Source: an uncultured Alphaproteobacteria bacterium | GTDB lineage: Bacteria; Pseudomonadota; Alphaproteobacteria; Rhizobiales; Xanthobacteraceae | Reading direction: 5' to 3' | DNA length: 64,000 bases | NCBI GenBank assembly: GCA_963791375.1 | Contig: CAWBSI010000028.1 | Span: 102,058 to 166,057, forward strand | Shown: one piece after another, positions 55,289 to 62,790 of the stretch | Position numbering within the stretch: position 1 is the first letter of the stretch | How the letters are laid out: each line of letters begins with the position of its first letter | Translations under genes and position numbers: made by a program | Notes under the pieces: model-generated | What the model saw: the letters and a program-made list of their open reading frames with translations, nothing else | What the model was told of the DNA's origin: nothing | Databases searched by the model: none

Positions 55289-55304
55289 TGCGGAAGGATA
55301 GCCC

Positions 55305-55421
55305 ATGTCGTTCGATAACATCTTGATCCTGTTGATGGTCATCGCTCTCGTGGCCGTTGTCCTCGGACTGGTCGGCGCCAGCATGTACTGCATGAACAAG
55401 GCCGTGGACCAAAGTGACTAG
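55305..55421 (+). CDS. 38-aa single-TM microprotein (not in the ORF track)
   Basis: ATG 55305 follows GGAAGGA at about 6-nt spacing, 16 nt after the upstream stop. The product is MSFDNILILLMVIALVAVVLGLVGASMYCMNKAVDQSD, ending at TAG 55419-55421. Confidence 0.5.
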   Translation: MSFDNILILLMVIALVAVVLGLVGASMYCMNKAVDQSD

Positions 55422-55464
55422 CCCTGATCCGTGGCGGTGGACTTAATCGAGGGAGGGTTGGACA

Positions 55465-55947
55465 GTGCTGGAATACCTGAACAATACCGAGTATGCGGAG
55501 TGGGTCAGGGAATCGTTGGGTTGGCCGATCGCGCTGACGATCCATGCGTTCGGTACGGCCACCGTGGTGGGCCTGATCTTCATTATCGGCCTGCGTCTGC
55601 TCGGGCTGTTCCGGACGATTCCATACACATCGCTGAATGCCCTGTTCCCATTCATCTGGATCGCAATCGTGTTCCAGTTCGCGAGCGGCTTTACTTTGTG
55701 GATGTCGAAACCGGCACAATACCTATCCGCCGGCATGTTCGATGCGAAGTTCACGCTCGTCATCGTCGGCATCATCGTGACCTGGTATTTCCAGAGGACC
55801 GTAAAGCTGGAGGCGCCCAACTGGGAAAAGACGGGAACCGTCTCTGCGCGCGGAGTCAAATTCGTCGCCGCAGCCGCCCTGGTGTGGATGGCCGTCAACA
55901 TCGCCGGGCGATTGACCGCGTATCTGACATCGCTGTACGTCGCCTGA
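55465..55947 (+). CDS. uncharacterised 4-TM membrane protein, paralogue of module C of 53870-55288
   Basis: GTG 55465 follows GAGGGAGGG. WPIALTIHAFGTATVVGLIFIIGLRLLGLFRTIPYTSL...NIAGRLTAY aligns with WQTVHFFGFSMIFGTVLFVVLRVLGVGKSIPFSAV...ILGGRLLPY. Confidence 0.7.
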   Translation: MLEYLNNTEYAEWVRESLGWPIALTIHAFGTATVVGLIFIIGLRLLGLFRTIPYTSLNALFPFIWIAIVFQFASGFTLWMSKPAQYLSAGMFDAKFTLVIVGIIVTWYFQRTVKLEAPNWEKTGTVSARGVKFVAAAALVWMAVNIAGRLTAYLTSLYVA

Positions 55948-56043
55948 CGGGACGCGCACTCGCGCCCGCCGTTCGTCTTCCTCTGCCGGCGGCCCGGATA
56001 TACGATGGAACCGGGCCGTAGCGGCGGGCAAGACGGAGGGCAC

Positions 56044-56568
56044 ATGACGACAGGTGCAAACGCTGGAGCTTGGGGCCGCGGCCGCCTCGCCATGCTCGCC
56101 GGCGCCGTGCTTGCGGGCGTCGTCGGCTTGGGCTGCGTCGCCTTCGGCCAGGACCAGGGCGCGGCGCCCGCGAAAGACACGATCTTCGCGCGGAAGATCC
56201 TGATGGACACGATCGGGTTCAACATGGACGAGATCGAAACCATGACCAACTCGTCCGACAAGATCCCGCTCTCCGACGCCCACGACCATGCCGACGTGAT
56301 ATCGGTCATGCTGCAGGCTTTCCCGCATTTGTTTCCGCCCGCCACCAACCAGTGGAAGCCCAACGTCGACCGCGACGCCGCCACCGACACGTTCGCCTCT
56401 CCTGACGTCTGGACGCGCTATTCGGACTTCTACGAACGTGCGGACACTGCCGCCAATGTCGCGCTCGACGCGAGCCGGGCCGAGGCCGAGAGCGAGTTCC
56501 GGGCCCTGGCGGCAAAGCTGCGGGCGGCATGCGACGGTTGCCATGCCATCTATCAGAAGCCCGACTGA
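56044..56568 (+). CDS. class II cytochrome c (cytochrome c'/c-556 four-helix-bundle type), periplasmic
   Basis: A signal peptide (LAMLAGAVLAGVVGLGCVAFG), an N-terminal R-x3-M region (ARKILMDTIGFNMDEI) and a single C-terminal heme site (CDGCH) 9 residues from the end. Confidence 0.75.
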   Translation: MTTGANAGAWGRGRLAMLAGAVLAGVVGLGCVAFGQDQGAAPAKDTIFARKILMDTIGFNMDEIETMTNSSDKIPLSDAHDHADVISVMLQAFPHLFPPATNQWKPNVDRDAATDTFASPDVWTRYSDFYERADTAANVALDASRAEAESEFRALAAKLRAACDGCHAIYQKPD

Positions 56569-56610
56569 TCGCGCCACGCCCGGAGCCGAACCAAAAGGAC
56601 GGTGAAACCC

Positions 56611-57927
56611 ATGCGTAACGGAGGTGCCGAAACCTTTGCCAACCTGGTCGAGCCGGGCCGCGTCCACCGCCGGGTCTATGCCGATCCCGATGTCTTCGAG
56701 CTGGAGATGGAGCGGATTTTCGGGCGCGCGTGGCTGTTCGTCGGCCACACCAGCCAGGTCCCCAATCCCGGGGATTATTTCACCACCGAGCTGGGGCGGC
56801 AGCCGGTGGTCATGACCCGTCATCGCGACGGCAGCGTGCACGTGCTCTTCAACCGCTGCACCCACCGCGGCGCCAAGGTCGTCAACGAGCGCTGCGGCCA
56901 CGCTACGCGGATGACCTGCCTCTATCACGGCTGGAGCTACGACACCGACGGCACGCTGGTGGGCGTTCCGATGCCGGAGGGATGCGCGGCCGATTTCAGG
57001 AAGGAGGCCTTCGGTCTCGCCCGCGTGCCGCGCATCGGCGAATACCGCGGTTTCGTGTTTGCGAGCCTCGCGCCCGGCGGCGCGAGCTTCGAGGACCACA
57101 TCGGCCCGATCAAGTCGAACATCGACGATCTCGTCGACCGCGCGCCGGACGGAACGCTTGCCTTCGACCTCGGCATGCACCGCTATGCCTTCAACGGCAA
57201 TTGGAAGCTGCAGGTCGAGAACGTGCTCGATTCCTATCACGTGCCGTTCGGCCATGCCTCGACGGTCAACAAGGAGGGCGTCCAGTTCGCCCGGCGCGAA
57301 GGCGACAAGTCCGGCGCCAAGGTCGTCGAGGCCGACCAGGCCAAGGCAGACCAGACCAAGACCGCGCAATCCTGGAAAGGCCGGCGCAGCTATATCGTCG
57401 GCAACGGCCACGGCTGGACCAGCAACACCGCGCTCGACGACGGAAAGCGCTCGAGCCCGGCCTTCGACGCCTATAAGCGGTCGCTGGTGGAGAAGGTTGG
57501 CGCCGCACGCGCGGAGCACATCCTGACGCCGCGGCTGCACAACACGCTGATCTATCCCAACGTCTCGATCATGGGGCTCAACATCCATGTCCGCGTGATC
57601 AAGCCGCTGGCGTTCGACCGCACCGAGATCAACGTCTATCCAGTGCGCCTGGTGGGCGCGCCCGACGCGATGAACTTCGGCAACCTACGCCTGCTCAACG
57701 TGACCCATTCCGCGGCCTCGTTCGTGCAGACCGACGACATCGAGGCGTTCGTGCGCACTCAGAAGGGGCTGCGCTGCGCGGTCCCCGAATGGGTCGACAT
57801 TTCGCGCGGCCTCGGCGCCGAGGAGCCCGACCGCGAGCTGAACGCCACGCGCGGCTCGGCCATGCACGAGATGGTGGTGCGGGCCCAGTACAAGGCCTGG
57901 GTCGGCTATATGCGCGAGGTCGCCTGA
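56611..57927 (+). CDS. Rieske non-heme iron aromatic ring-hydroxylating oxygenase, alpha subunit
   Basis: It has the Rieske motif CTHRGAKV...CLYHGWSY and the mononuclear iron motif NVLDSYHVPFGH. I prefer ATG 56611 to the track GTG at 56602. Confidence 0.9.
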   Translation: MRNGGAETFANLVEPGRVHRRVYADPDVFELEMERIFGRAWLFVGHTSQVPNPGDYFTTELGRQPVVMTRHRDGSVHVLFNRCTHRGAKVVNERCGHATRMTCLYHGWSYDTDGTLVGVPMPEGCAADFRKEAFGLARVPRIGEYRGFVFASLAPGGASFEDHIGPIKSNIDDLVDRAPDGTLAFDLGMHRYAFNGNWKLQVENVLDSYHVPFGHASTVNKEGVQFARREGDKSGAKVVEADQAKADQTKTAQSWKGRRSYIVGNGHGWTSNTALDDGKRSSPAFDAYKRSLVEKVGAARAEHILTPRLHNTLIYPNVSIMGLNIHVRVIKPLAFDRTEINVYPVRLVGAPDAMNFGNLRLLNVTHSAASFVQTDDIEAFVRTQKGLRCAVPEWVDISRGLGAEEPDRELNATRGSAMHEMVVRAQYKAWVGYMREVA

Positions 57928-58439
57928 TGGAAGCCGCCGCGGCCAGACCGAAGTCGGCGTCCGCGATCGAGCGCGCCGTGTTCGAGGCGTTTCTGTTCGC
58001 GGAGGCGCGGCTGCTCGACGCGCGGCGCTTCCGCGACTGGATGGCGCTGTTCGCCGAGGACGGAACCTACTGGGTTCCCGCAACAGCCGACCAGCAGAGC
58101 CCGTTCAACCAGGTTTCGCTGTTCTACGACGACCGCGACCTCATGAAGACGCGGATCGACCGGCTGGAGCATCCACGCATCCACATCCAGACGCCGCCGT
58201 CGCGCACCGCGCATCTCGTCGGCAATGTGATGGTCGACGAAGCGGACGATGCCAAAGGCCATTATGTCGTCAGCTCGACCGTGATCATGGTGGAGTATCG
58301 CGACGACCAGCAGCGCATTTTCGCCGGGCGGCAGACGCACACGCTACGCCGCAACGGCGACGGCTTTTCCATCGTGCAAAAGCGGGTCGATCTCATCAAT
58401 TGTGATTCGGCGTTCGAGGCGATGGCGGTTCCGATCTGA
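57927..58439 (+). CDS. aromatic ring-hydroxylating oxygenase beta subunit (NTF2/SnoaL-like)
   Basis: ATG 57927 overlaps the alpha-subunit stop (TGATG). FLFAEARLLDARRFRDWMALFAEDGTYWVP...SLFYDDRDLMKTRIDRL is typical of RHO beta subunits. Confidence 0.85.
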   Translation: MEAAAARPKSASAIERAVFEAFLFAEARLLDARRFRDWMALFAEDGTYWVPATADQQSPFNQVSLFYDDRDLMKTRIDRLEHPRIHIQTPPSRTAHLVGNVMVDEADDAKGHYVVSSTVIMVEYRDDQQRIFAGRQTHTLRRNGDGFSIVQKRVDLINCDSAFEAMAVPI

Positions 58440-58506
58440 GCGGCGGCGTGTCGCACCGCCACAGCCTCGTCTTGAGCGGAGCTGAGAGCGCGCGAATCTT
58501 TCCAGA

Positions 58507-58618
58507 ACCTCATCCTGAGGAGCCGTGCGCAGCACGGCGTCTCGAAGGATGGCCCACAGCTGCGGCCTGCGGCCATCCTTCGAGACGCGCGCAAAGAGCG
58601 CGCTCCTCAGGATGAGGT
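58507..58618. repeat. REP-type two-armed palindromic element, family 4 (CATCCTGAGGAG...CTCGAAGGATGGCC)
   Basis: Arm 58507-58554 pairs with arm 58571-58618, and each arm has an internal hairpin. It lies between convergent genes, so it is also a likely bidirectional terminator. Confidence 0.85.
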
Positions 58619-58636
58619 CATAAGAAATGCACGCGC

Positions 58637-59692
58637 TCACCCCCGCCGCATGCGCTGGATCTGCATGCGGGCGAGAAACGGCACCAGGGGATGTGCGCCC
58701 ATGGCAACGATCTTTTCGAGGTCGAGATCGCGCAGCGCCTGTTCCTGCTCCGCCGTCAGCTTGAAGCCCTTTGCATAGGCCGCGGCGTCGGCGATATAGC
58801 GCTCGCGCTTGTCCTGCTCGTGGGCGAGGCCGTGCAGCGCCGCAGTCAGTTCCACGAGCTCCGGTCTGATCGCGGGATAATGGGCGTCATGCCGGCCGGG
58901 ACCCGCGCCGGTCCAGCCGAGCGAAGCGTAGTTGTGGTGCCAGCTCGGATCCATCGAAACGATGTCGGGCTTGCGCTCGCCGAGCGCGCCGGCGGCGCAG
59001 GCCCAGCAGCGCAGCTCGATATTTCCGGTGTCGTCGAGCTCGGTCTCGTCGAAGCCGATCAGGGATTTCAGTTTGCCCGCGGCGAGCTTCTCCAACAGCC
59101 GGTTGTCCCAGTCGAGCTCCGGGTTGCCGTAGCGATTGGTGCCGGGAAAATGCGACATGCCGCCGCTCGCGAGGATCACGGTCTTGAGCCCGAGCGCGCT
59201 GACGCTGCGCGCCACCGCCTGCCCGAAGGCGTAGCAGCGTTCCGGCAACGGCTGCGGCGGCAGGTAGGCATTGACGAAGATCGGCAGCACCGGATCGGTG
59301 AGGCCGAGATGAGTCAGCGGAATACCGATGGCGTAGTCGATCTTTGCGGTACTGGTGAAGGCGGGATCGAAGTTCTGCCGGTAAAGCTCGCGCACCAGCT
59401 CGAAGCCGATCTCGCTCGGAACCTTCCAGTGGAACTTGCGGCCGGCGAAATCGCCGGTCGCCTCGCCGCCGACATGAATAGTGAAGGGCGGCGCGACGTT
59501 ATGAAAGAACTGCTCTGCATGATCGTTGGAAAAGATGATCCACAGATCGGGCTTCATCGCCTTGAGCTTGTCGCCGATCTCGCGGGCGACGGCGCGGACC
59601 CGCTCGACGTTCGCCTTGTCCTCGGTCTCCGGCATGGTGAAGAATTGCGGCGCATGGGGCAACATCGCGCCGCCGATGACCGTGGAAACCAT
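58637..59692 (-). CDS. class III extradiol ring-cleavage dioxygenase, fused LigB-LigA type (protocatechuate 4,5-/gallate dioxygenase-like)
   Basis: ATG 59692 (SD GAGGAG) gives MVSTVIGGAMLPHAPQFF...IIFSNDHAEQFF...LASGGMSHFPG (LigB core). The C-terminal segment ...FKLTAEQEQALRDLDLEKIVAMGAHPLVPFL resembles LigA. Confidence 0.75.
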   Translation of the reverse strand: MVSTVIGGAMLPHAPQFFTMPETEDKANVERVRAVAREIGDKLKAMKPDLWIIFSNDHAEQFFHNVAPPFTIHVGGEATGDFAGRKFHWKVPSEIGFELVRELYRQNFDPAFTSTAKIDYAIGIPLTHLGLTDPVLPIFVNAYLPPQPLPERCYAFGQAVARSVSALGLKTVILASGGMSHFPGTNRYGNPELDWDNRLLEKLAAGKLKSLIGFDETELDDTGNIELRCWACAAGALGERKPDIVSMDPSWHHNYASLGWTGAGPGRHDAHYPAIRPELVELTAALHGLAHEQDKRERYIADAAAYAKGFKLTAEQEQALRDLDLEKIVAMGAHPLVPFLARMQIQRMRRG

Positions 59693-59783
59693 GGCATTGC
59701 TCCTCAATCCGATCGGGCGATCCCGAACGTGAGCATTATCCTCCTGTATCGCGCCGCGTGGCGCAATGGCGCCCGCGAACGCG

Positions 59784-60776
59784 TCACACCTTGGAAAGCT
59801 CGAACACGGAGGGCGCGAACAGCTCGGCGGCGGAGAGCTTGCGGTCGACCAGCCCCTGCTCATGGGCGTACGTGGTCAGCGCCTCGATCTCTCCCTTGTT
59901 CTCATGGATGCCGTAGCGCCAGAAGTCGGCGCCCATGGCGGCCATCGTTTCCCTTGTCTCGGCTTCGAGGAACGGCAGGGTGACCATCAGCGCATTGACG
60001 TCGCAGAGGTCGGCCATGGCGAGGGCCTTGGCCTCGCAGAAGGCCTTGTAGACGCTGGTCGCCAGCCACGGATATTGCGCCAGCAGCGTGTTGCGGATGC
60101 CGACCAGATGCATGATCGGGAACAAGCCGGTCTTCTTGAAGTAGGCGAGCTCTGCCTCCCGGGTGTTGGGAAACAGCCGCGCAATGTGCGGCTCGCCGCG
60201 CAGGAACGACGACGGCGCCCGCGCGGTGAAGAGCGCATCGAGTTCGCCGTCGCGCAGCAGGCCCACCAGAGTCTTGGATTCATCGATCGGCTGGAGGTCG
60301 AGGCCTGCAATCGGCTTGAGCGGGGTGCGCTCGTGGCGGCCCGGCTCCTCCTGGCCGCCGCTGCGCCAATGACATTCCGCGGGGCTCACGCCGTATTCGT
60401 GCTGCATCATGCCGCGCATCCACACCACGGCGGTGATCTGATATTCCGGCAGGCCGATGCGCTTGCCGCGGAGATCGGCCGGCGTGCGGATGCCGGCGTC
60501 GCGCCGGATATAGATGCCGGAGTGGCGGAAGATGCGCGACACGAAGGCGGGGACGGCGGTGTAGGCAGAGGTGCCGCTTGCGACCGTCCGGATGTAGCTC
60601 GAGAAGGACAGCTCGCAGACGTCGAATTCGTGATAGCGGAAGGCGCGGAAGAAGATCTCCTCGGGGTACAGCGGGAGATACGTCACCGCGCAGCCTTCGA
60701 CCCTGACCCGGCCGTCCATGATCGGCCGCGTACGGTCGTAATTCCCGCACGCCATCGTAATGGGTATGTCGACCAT
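59784..60776 (-). CDS. 4,5-dihydroxyphthalate decarboxylase (PhtD)-like / NMT1-fold protein
   Basis: MVDIPITMACGNYDRTRPIMDGRVRVEGCAVTYLPLYPEEIFFRAFRYHEFDVCELSFSSY..., the N-terminal pattern I associate with PhtD-type decarboxylases. Confidence 0.6.
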   Translation of the reverse strand: MVDIPITMACGNYDRTRPIMDGRVRVEGCAVTYLPLYPEEIFFRAFRYHEFDVCELSFSSYIRTVASGTSAYTAVPAFVSRIFRHSGIYIRRDAGIRTPADLRGKRIGLPEYQITAVVWMRGMMQHEYGVSPAECHWRSGGQEEPGRHERTPLKPIAGLDLQPIDESKTLVGLLRDGELDALFTARAPSSFLRGEPHIARLFPNTREAELAYFKKTGLFPIMHLVGIRNTLLAQYPWLATSVYKAFCEAKALAMADLCDVNALMVTLPFLEAETRETMAAMGADFWRYGIHENKGEIEALTTYAHEQGLVDRKLSAAELFAPSVFELSKV

Positions 60777-60855
60777 TGATCCTCCGTTCAGGCGGGCTCG
60801 AAAGCGGCGGTGCGGCGGTTAGAAGCACTTTGACTCTACGCTGACCCCTATTGAT

Positions 60856-60934
60856 GTCATTGCCCGGCTTGACCGGGCAATCCAGTACTCACGGTCGGTG
60901 TTTACTGGATCGCCCGGTCAAGCCGGGCGATGAC
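60856..60934. repeat. REP-type two-armed palindromic element, family 5 (GTCATTGCCCGGCTTGACCGGGCAATCCAG)
   Basis: Arm 60856-60887 is approximately the reverse complement of arm 60903-60934, and each arm has an 8-bp stem hairpin. Confidence 0.85.
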
Positions 60935-61099
60935 AGCAAAGTGTGTGTCAACCTAAACGACAAATGCTAGGCACCGATTCCCCCGATGCGGGGCGCCGCT
61001 TATAGCATGCCGAAAACCTGGCGAGCACCACGACACCGGCTCCCGGATTCGATATGCTCACGGCAAGTTCGGGCTTCTTGAACGCAAATGGGTGAGGCA

Positions 61100-61855
61100 A
61101 TGACCGGATTCTCCAAAATCGCAATGGCAGCACTTCTCGGCGCTGCGCTGATGTCCCAGGCGGCCCGCGCGGCCGAGATCACCGTCGTCAGCTCGACCGC
61201 GATGACGGAATTTCTGGAGGCCGCGATCCCGGTGTTCGAGCGGGAAACCGGGAACAAAGTGAAGGCGACCTTCCTGTCGAGCGCGGTGTTGCCGGGCAAA
61301 GTCAGGGAGGGGGTGCAGGCCGACGTGATCGTGACCACGCCCGGGATCTTCGACGACCTCGTCAAGGTGGGCAAGCTGGTGCCCGGCAGCCGGTCCGATT
61401 TCATCAAGTCCAGCGCCGGGGTCGCCGTGCGCGCCGGGGCGCCGAAGCCGGACATCAGCACGCCTGAAGCCTTCAAGGCCGCGCTGCTCGCCGCAAAATC
61501 GGTCGGGATCAGCAAGGGGCCGAGCGGCATCTACATGCTCAGCCTGCTCGACCGGCTCGGCATCGCCGATGCGGTCAAAGCCAAGGCCGTCTTCACCGAG
61601 CCCGGCCAGCGCGTCGGCCTCATCATCGCGAGCGGCAAGGCGGAGATCGGCGTGCAGCAGATCACCGAGCTTCTGGCAATGTCCGGGATTGATTTCATCG
61701 GCCCGCTGCCGCCGGCGCTGCAGACCACGATCGTCTATGCGACCGCGGGCTCGGTGAACGCCAAGGAGAAGGAGGCCGCAGCCGCTTTTGCCAAGTTCCT
61801 GAAGTCGGAATCGGTCACGCCGATCGCCAAGAAGATGGGCCTCGATCCGGCGTGA
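61100..61855 (+). CDS. periplasmic substrate-binding protein (ModA/PBP2-like)
   Basis: ATG 61100 follows GGTGAGG. A signal peptide (AMAALLGAALMSQAARAAE) is followed by ITVVSSTAMTEFLEAAIPVFERETGNKVKATF...GKAEIGVQQITEL. Confidence 0.6.
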   Translation: MTGFSKIAMAALLGAALMSQAARAAEITVVSSTAMTEFLEAAIPVFERETGNKVKATFLSSAVLPGKVREGVQADVIVTTPGIFDDLVKVGKLVPGSRSDFIKSSAGVAVRAGAPKPDISTPEAFKAALLAAKSVGISKGPSGIYMLSLLDRLGIADAVKAKAVFTEPGQRVGLIIASGKAEIGVQQITELLAMSGIDFIGPLPPALQTTIVYATAGSVNAKEKEAAAAFAKFLKSESVTPIAKKMGLDPA

Positions 61856-61878
61856 GGGCGGCCTTCCCACCCCGATGC

Positions 61879-61966
61879 GTCATTGCCGGGCTTGTCCCGG
61901 CAATCTCGACGAATGCGGGCACAGTGCCTCGTTAATCGAGATCGCCGGGACAAGCCCGGCCATGAC
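61879..61966. repeat. REP-type two-armed palindromic element, family 5 variant
   Basis: Arm 61879-61909 (GTCATTGCCGGGCTTGTCCCGGCAATCTCGA) pairs with arm 61936-61966. The ATG 61962 of the next gene lies inside the second arm. Confidence 0.85.
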
Positions 61967-62790
61967 CGAAGTGGTAACAGCGACACGGAGTAATTCCTCG
62001 TTGGCCACCGGACCGCTCATCGAACTGGACAAGGTCAGCAAGTCGTTCGATGGCGGACGCAGCTTTGCGCTGCGCGAGGTGTCGCTCGCGGTCGAGGCCG
62101 GCGCCTTCATCGCGCTGGTGGGAGCGTCGGGCTCCGGCAAGACCACCGCGATGAAGCTGATCAACCGGCTGCTGGAGCCGGACAGCGGCGAGGTGCGCCT
62201 CGAAGGCGTCGCGGTGCGCGGCCTCGACGCGCCGCTGCTGCGGCGGCGGATCGGCTACGTGTTCCAGGGCGTCGGCCTGTTTCCGCACATGACCATCGCG
62301 GAGAACATCGGCATCACGCCGCAACTGCTGGGATGGCCGCGTACCGAGATCGACGCCCGCGTGGCGGAGCTGCTCGATCTCGTGGAATTGCCGCCGGACT
62401 ATGCCGCCCGCCTGCCCTCCGCGCTGTCCGGCGGTCAGCGCCAGCGTGCCGGCGTCGCCCGCGCCATCGCGGCGCGGCCGCGCGTGGTGCTGATGGACGA
62501 GCCGTTCGGCGCGCTCGATCCGATCACCCGAGATGCGCTCGGGACCGCCTAGCGCGCGATCCACGACCGGCTCGGCGTGACCACGATCATGGTGACCCAT
62601 GACGTCCAGGAAGCGGTGCTGCTCGCCGACCGGATCGTTGTGATGGGCGGCGGCCGCATCCTTGCCGACGATGCGCCGGGGCCGTTGCTCGCCGGGCGAT
62701 GGGCTGCCCGAAGTCGCGGCGCTGATGGCGATGCCGCGGCGGCAGGCCGAGCGCATCAGCGCGCTGACCGCGAAGGCCGCGCATGGATGA
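61962..62790 (+). pseudogene. glycine betaine/proline-type ABC transporter ATP-binding protein (OpuCA/ProV-like) with an in-frame TAG and a frameshift
   Basis: It has Walker A (GASGSGKTT), LSGGQRQR and VLMDEPFGALD. TAG at 62550-62552 sits where Tyr is expected (..[23 protein letters not shown]..). One surplus base near 62697 is needed to read ...[30 protein letters not shown], which ends at TGA 62788-62790. Confidence 0.75.

Noticed and set aside
55723-57588. 621-aa minus-strand ORF, and 55443-56390 (315 aa)
   Set aside because: Both are antisense to the cytochrome c and Rieske alpha-subunit genes, which carry unambiguous motifs (CDGCH; CTHRG...CLYHGW).
1664-61966. Possible CRISPR array suggested by recurring palindromic repeats
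   Set aside because: The repeats are dispersed singly in intergenic regions. They have no regular repeat-spacer periodicity and no cas genes, so they fit REP-type elements instead.
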